DNA of 64,000 nucleotides from a bacterium (lineage in GTDB: Bacteria > UBP13 > UBA5359): NCBI GenBank assembly GCA_028685295.1, contig JAQUEL010000001.1, positions 31,865 through 95,864 on the forward strand, read 5' to 3'. The position numbers were made by a program, and so were the translations under genes. The notes under the pieces were generated by a model. It had not been told where the DNA came from and ran no database searches. It saw only the letters and a list, made by a program, of their open reading frames with translations. Positions 60,532-64,000 of the stretch are shown one piece after another (positions within the stretch are counted from its first letter, which is position 1; each line of letters begins with the position of its first letter).

Positions 60532-61374
60532 ATGGCGGTTGTTATCGATGGTAGGACAGTAGCTGACACCGTTTATAGCGAATTGACGGTGCGTATGAAT
60601 GTTCTTATACGAAAGGGTGTGCGTCCCGGGCTGGCGGTAGTGCTGGTCGGCGATGATCCAGCCTCGAGAATATATGTCAATATGAAGAAAAGAGCTTGTG
60701 AGCGTTTTGGTCTTTATTCGGAAGAACATAAACTGGAAGCAAAAGTGCCCCAGCGCGAACTTCTGAACTTGATAAAGCGGCTGAACGCTGATCCAGCCAT
60801 ACACGGCATATTGGTTCAATTGCCGTTGCCTCCCGGATTTAATGCCGGTGAGGTTATCAATGCTATTGATCCGCGGAAGGATGTAGATGGTCTGCATCCG
60901 TTGAATATCGGCAAGCTGTTGATAGATAATACAGCTTTTATCCCCTGTACGCCGGCTGGTATCATCAAGCTGATAGAGCATACCGGCGTACCGATGGTCG
61001 GCAAACAGGCCGTAGTAGTGGGACGGAGCAATATGGTCGGCAAGCCTGCGGCTATTCTGTTGCTAAGAGAGAATGCCACGGTGACGATATGTCACTCAAA
61101 AACGGCTAACCTGTCGGAGGTATGCCGGCAGGCGGATATTCTGGTAGCTGCAGTCGGTAAGCCTGAAATTGTTACCGGGGATATGGTAAAGCCCGGGGCC
61201 GTGGTGATCGATGTCGGCACAAATAAAGTAGGCGATCGTCAGGTAGGAGATGTCAATTTCGACCAGGTGGAAAAGGTAGCCGGCTATATTACTCCTGTGC
61301 CGCGCGGCGTAGGGCCGATGACCATAGCCATGCTGATGAGCAATACTGTGGAAGCTGCGGAAAGGTCGTTATAG
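60532..61374 (+). CDS. folD: bifunctional methylenetetrahydrofolate dehydrogenase / methenyl-THF cyclohydrolase
   Basis: ATG 60532 after SD GGAGG; motifs [27 protein letters not shown]. Confidence 0.93.
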   Translation: MAVVIDGRTVADTVYSELTVRMNVLIRKGVRPGLAVVLVGDDPASRIYVNMKKRACERFGLYSEEHKLEAKVPQRELLNLIKRLNADPAIHGILVQLPLPPGFNAGEVINAIDPRKDVDGLHPLNIGKLLIDNTAFIPCTPAGIIKLIEHTGVPMVGKQAVVVGRSNMVGKPAAILLLRENATVTICHSKTANLSEVCRQADILVAAVGKPEIVTGDMVKPGAVVIDVGTNKVGDRQVGDVNFDQVEKVAGYITPVPRGVGPMTIAMLMSNTVEAAERSL

Positions 61375-61378
61375 TGAA

Positions 61379-61945
61379 ATGATAGATAAGGACAAAATTG
61401 AAACAGCCGTGCGAATGATACTGGAAGCTGTAGGCGAGGACCCTGAGCGCGAAGGCTTGCGCGATACTCCGGCCCGGGTAGCCAGAATGTACGGCGAAAT
61501 CCTTAAGGGGACCGGCGTGGACCCTACCAGTATCGTGCGTGTTTTTACTGAAAAAGAGTATGATGAGATGGTACTGGTGAAGGATATTCCTCTTTATTCG
61601 CTCTGTGAGCATCATATGCTTCCCTTCGTAGGCAAGGCCCATGTGGCATATATACCGCAGAGCGGCAGAGTGACCGGTCTTTCCAAACTTATCAGGATTG
61701 TTGATATGTATGCCAGGCGATTACAGGTACAGGAGCGCCTGACTGCGCAGATTGCCGATGCTCTGGAGCAGCAATTGAATCCCATGGGCGTTATGGTAAT
61801 CATTGAGGCAGAGCACATGTGTATGTCCATGCGTGGCGTACAGAAACCGGGTACATCGACCGTTACATCGGCTGTTCGTGGTATATTCAGAACAAAGATG
61901 GCGACTAGGTCGGAGATGATGGATCTGCTTGTTAAAGATAAGTAG
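61379..61945 (+). CDS. folE: GTP cyclohydrolase I
   Basis: Motifs [30 protein letters not shown]. Confidence 0.9.
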   Translation: MIDKDKIETAVRMILEAVGEDPEREGLRDTPARVARMYGEILKGTGVDPTSIVRVFTEKEYDEMVLVKDIPLYSLCEHHMLPFVGKAHVAYIPQSGRVTGLSKLIRIVDMYARRLQVQERLTAQIADALEQQLNPMGVMVIIEAEHMCMSMRGVQKPGTSTVTSAVRGIFRTKMATRSEMMDLLVKDK

Positions 61946-61959
61946 AGAAAGGATAAAAT

Positions 61960-63654
61960 ATGCTGAGTGATCTGGAGATTGCCCAGGCTGCCAAACTGAA
62001 ACCTATAACTGATATTGCTGCGTCACTGGGATTGGATAGTGACGACATCGAACTGTACGGCAAATATAAGGCTAAAATAAATTTAGATGTCATAGAGAAG
62101 TATGAGCAGAGGCAGGGTGCTAAATATATCGATGTTACCGCCATAACACCTACGCCCCTTGGTGAAGGTAAAACCACTACCACTATCGGATTAGTAGAGG
62201 CTCTGAACCATATAGGTCAGAAGGCAATTGCCACTATACGGCAACCCTCCATGGGACCGACGTTCGGTATCAAAGGCGGGGCTGCAGGAGGAGGGTATGC
62301 GCAGGTAATCCCGATGGAAGATTTCAATCTTCATCTTACCGGTGATGTGCATGCCGTCAGTGCGGCACATAATCTTTTGTCCGCCATGCTGGATAACAGT
62401 ATTATTAAAGGTAACCGGCTGGGTATCGACAGCAATACCATAAATTGGCGGCGTGTCATCGATATATCCGATAGATCTCTTCGGCATATAGTAACCGGTC
62501 TTGGCGGCAAAGAAAACGGCGTGCCTTTGGAATCCGGATTCGATATATCGGTATCTTCTGAAGTGATGGCTATTCTAGCCTTAACAGTCGGTCTAAAGGA
62601 CCTTCGCAAGCGGCTGGGTCGCATAGTTGTAGCTGCTGCAGAAAACGGCCGGCCGGTTACGGCTGAAGACCTGAAAGCGGCAGGAGCTATGGCTGTTCTT
62701 TTACGGGAAGCTATCAAGCCAAATCTCTTGCAGACGCTGGAGAACAATCCTTGTATTGTCCATACCGGCCCCTTTGCCAATATAGCTCACGGCAACAGCT
62801 CCATTCTGGCAGATATGATCGCTATGCGTTTGGGGCGGTATGTTGTGACGGAAAGCGGCTTTGGAGCCGATATCGGGGCAGAGAAATTCATGAATATCAA
62901 ATGCCGCTATAGCAATATGCGTCCGAACGCTGTGGTTCTTGTAGCAACGGTAAGGGCCTTGAAGAGCCATAGCGGAGATTTCAAAATTGTGGCCGGCCAG
63001 CCTCTTGACAGGGGGTTGCTGGAAGAAAATATCGACGCATTGTCCAGAGGGTGCGCCAATTTGCAAAAGCAGGTCCGGAATGCAGCATTATTTGGAGTTC
63101 CGGTAGTTGTGGCCATTAATTCATTCCCTACCGACACGCAGGCGGAGATAGATATGGTCGTCGAGCAGGCGTTGTCTGCCGGTGCTTTTGATGCTGTGAT
63201 CAGCAATGTCTGGTCTGACGGCGGCCAAGGCGGCCTTCAACTGGCCGAAGCTGTAATCCGGGCGGCCGAGACTCCGGCTGATTTTCGTTTTTTGTACGAT
63301 CTGAATATTCCGATAAAGGAAAAGATAGAGATTATTGCCACCAGAGTGTATGGGGCAGAGGGTGTTGATTATCTGCCCGCAGCTGAGAAAGGGATAGCCA
63401 GGTATACGGAAATGGGATATGATAGGCTGCCTGTCTGTATGGCCAAGACGCACCTTTCGCTCTCGCATGATCCATTATTGAAAGGATGTCCGTCGGGCTT
63501 CCGGCTGCCGATCAAAGAGATTCGTGCTTCTGTCGGTGCAGGATTCCTTTATCCGCTCTGCGGTGATATACGTACTATGCCCGGTTTGCCGACAAAACCT
63601 GCTGCAGAGGGGATTGATCTGGATGACGAGGGGAGAGTTATCGGTCTTTTCTGA
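61960..63654 (+). CDS. fhs: formate-tetrahydrofolate ligase
   Basis: Motifs TPTPLGEGKTTTTIGL, PSMGPTFGIKGGAAGGGY; 564 aa. Confidence 0.95.
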   Translation: MLSDLEIAQAAKLKPITDIAASLGLDSDDIELYGKYKAKINLDVIEKYEQRQGAKYIDVTAITPTPLGEGKTTTTIGLVEALNHIGQKAIATIRQPSMGPTFGIKGGAAGGGYAQVIPMEDFNLHLTGDVHAVSAAHNLLSAMLDNSIIKGNRLGIDSNTINWRRVIDISDRSLRHIVTGLGGKENGVPLESGFDISVSSEVMAILALTVGLKDLRKRLGRIVVAAAENGRPVTAEDLKAAGAMAVLLREAIKPNLLQTLENNPCIVHTGPFANIAHGNSSILADMIAMRLGRYVVTESGFGADIGAEKFMNIKCRYSNMRPNAVVLVATVRALKSHSGDFKIVAGQPLDRGLLEENIDALSRGCANLQKQVRNAALFGVPVVVAINSFPTDTQAEIDMVVEQALSAGAFDAVISNVWSDGGQGGLQLAEAVIRAAETPADFRFLYDLNIPIKEKIEIIATRVYGAEGVDYLPAAEKGIARYTEMGYDRLPVCMAKTHLSLSHDPLLKGCPSGFRLPIKEIRASVGAGFLYPLCGDIRTMPGLPTKPAAEGIDLDDEGRVIGLF

Positions 63655-63743
63655 TTGCTGAAAAAAGGTATCCGCATACAATGTGCAGAATTATGTACGG
63701 TGGCTAATTTTCAGATTGAGAAGATAACTATGAGGTGAGCGTT

Positions 63744-64000
63744 ATGAACGACCGGTTACGGAAAGCGTTAAGTATAGGAGTGCTTGCTGTTCTCCTTACT
63801 TCTGCTGTCGCAATTGTTGCTGCCGGGGCGGATGATACTGCCGACGCCAAGGAACAGTATTATTTTGCTGTCGGTCTCTATGATAAGGAATTGTATGAAG
63901 AGGCTGCAAAGCAGTTTAGCAATTACATTGCCACTTTCCCCAAGGGAGATAGAAAGGGAGATGCAGTCTTCCTTATCGGCGAGTGTAACAATAAGCTGAA
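63744..64000 (+). CDS. secreted TPR-repeat protein (YbgF/TPR-like), N-terminal part; runs off window end
   Basis: Not in the ORF track. ATG 63744 after SD GAGGTGAG; open frame to the window end. MNDRLRKALSIGVLAVLLTSAVAIVAAGADD signal peptide then TPR-like EQYYFAVGLYDKELYEEAAKQFSNYIATFP. Confidence 0.5.
   Translation, partial: MNDRLRKALSIGVLAVLLTSAVAIVAAGADDTADAKEQYYFAVGLYDKELYEEAAKQFSNYIATFPKGDRKGDAVFLIGECNNKL

Noticed and set aside
63784-63999. 71-aa ORF-track call at window end
   Set aside because: Leu/Ser-rich low-complexity frame. The overlapping frame starting at ATG 63744 has a proper SD, a signal peptide and TPR-like sequence, and is preferred.

Overview
The window reads as a conserved chromosomal core region of an anaerobic, Firmicutes-like bacterium with roughly 50% GC and frequent TTG/GTG starts. 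The lineage assignment is inference from gene order and content. All confidently called protein genes lie on the + strand; the only minus-strand features are one tRNA-Leu(CAA) and a partial ORF at the left edge. No rRNA, CRISPR array, transposase or integrase was found. Gene content in order (names are fold or motif-level calls from the translated ORFs, made without database searches):
- a GGDEF diguanylate cyclase with GAF domain and an unusual C-terminal polytopic membrane domain
- an aromatic amino-acid block: HisC-family aminotransferase, DAHP synthase, prephenate dehydrogenase, EPSP synthase, cmk, plsC
- a SurA-N/TPR chaperone-like protein, an M24-fold protein, and a putative GxGD (presenilin/SPP-like) membrane protein translationally coupled to a second GGDEF-GAF cyclase
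- serS, a YitT-family membrane protein, and a bcd-etfB-etfA cluster whose EtfA carries a fused ferredoxin domain (bifurcating type)
- dprA-topA, then rpsB-tsf-pyrH-frr, a ferredoxin, uppS-dxr-rseP-ispG-proS (no cdsA), an MgtC-family protein, and rimP-nusA-ylxR-infB
- paaK plus an ACT protein, a D-Ala-D-Ala carboxypeptidase overlapping rluB, and a NusG-paralog / SagB-type nitroreductase-like / divergent SOD trio
- htrA, two NlpC/P60 peptidases, a hypothetical secreted protein, and rplM-rpsI
- the rnfCDGEAB operon, a LigB/Memo-like-AMMECR1 fusion, an isochorismatase-family protein, and a split pta (DRTGG regulatory gene plus catalytic gene)
- a folate C1 / Wood-Ljungdahl methyl-branch-like module (acsE-like MeTr methyltransferase, nfnAB, folD, folE, fhs) and a partial TPR protein at the right edge
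Several intrinsic terminators, sigma70-like promoters and unusually long or structured leaders are also noted. Gene boundaries were refined by inspecting RBS and start codons.
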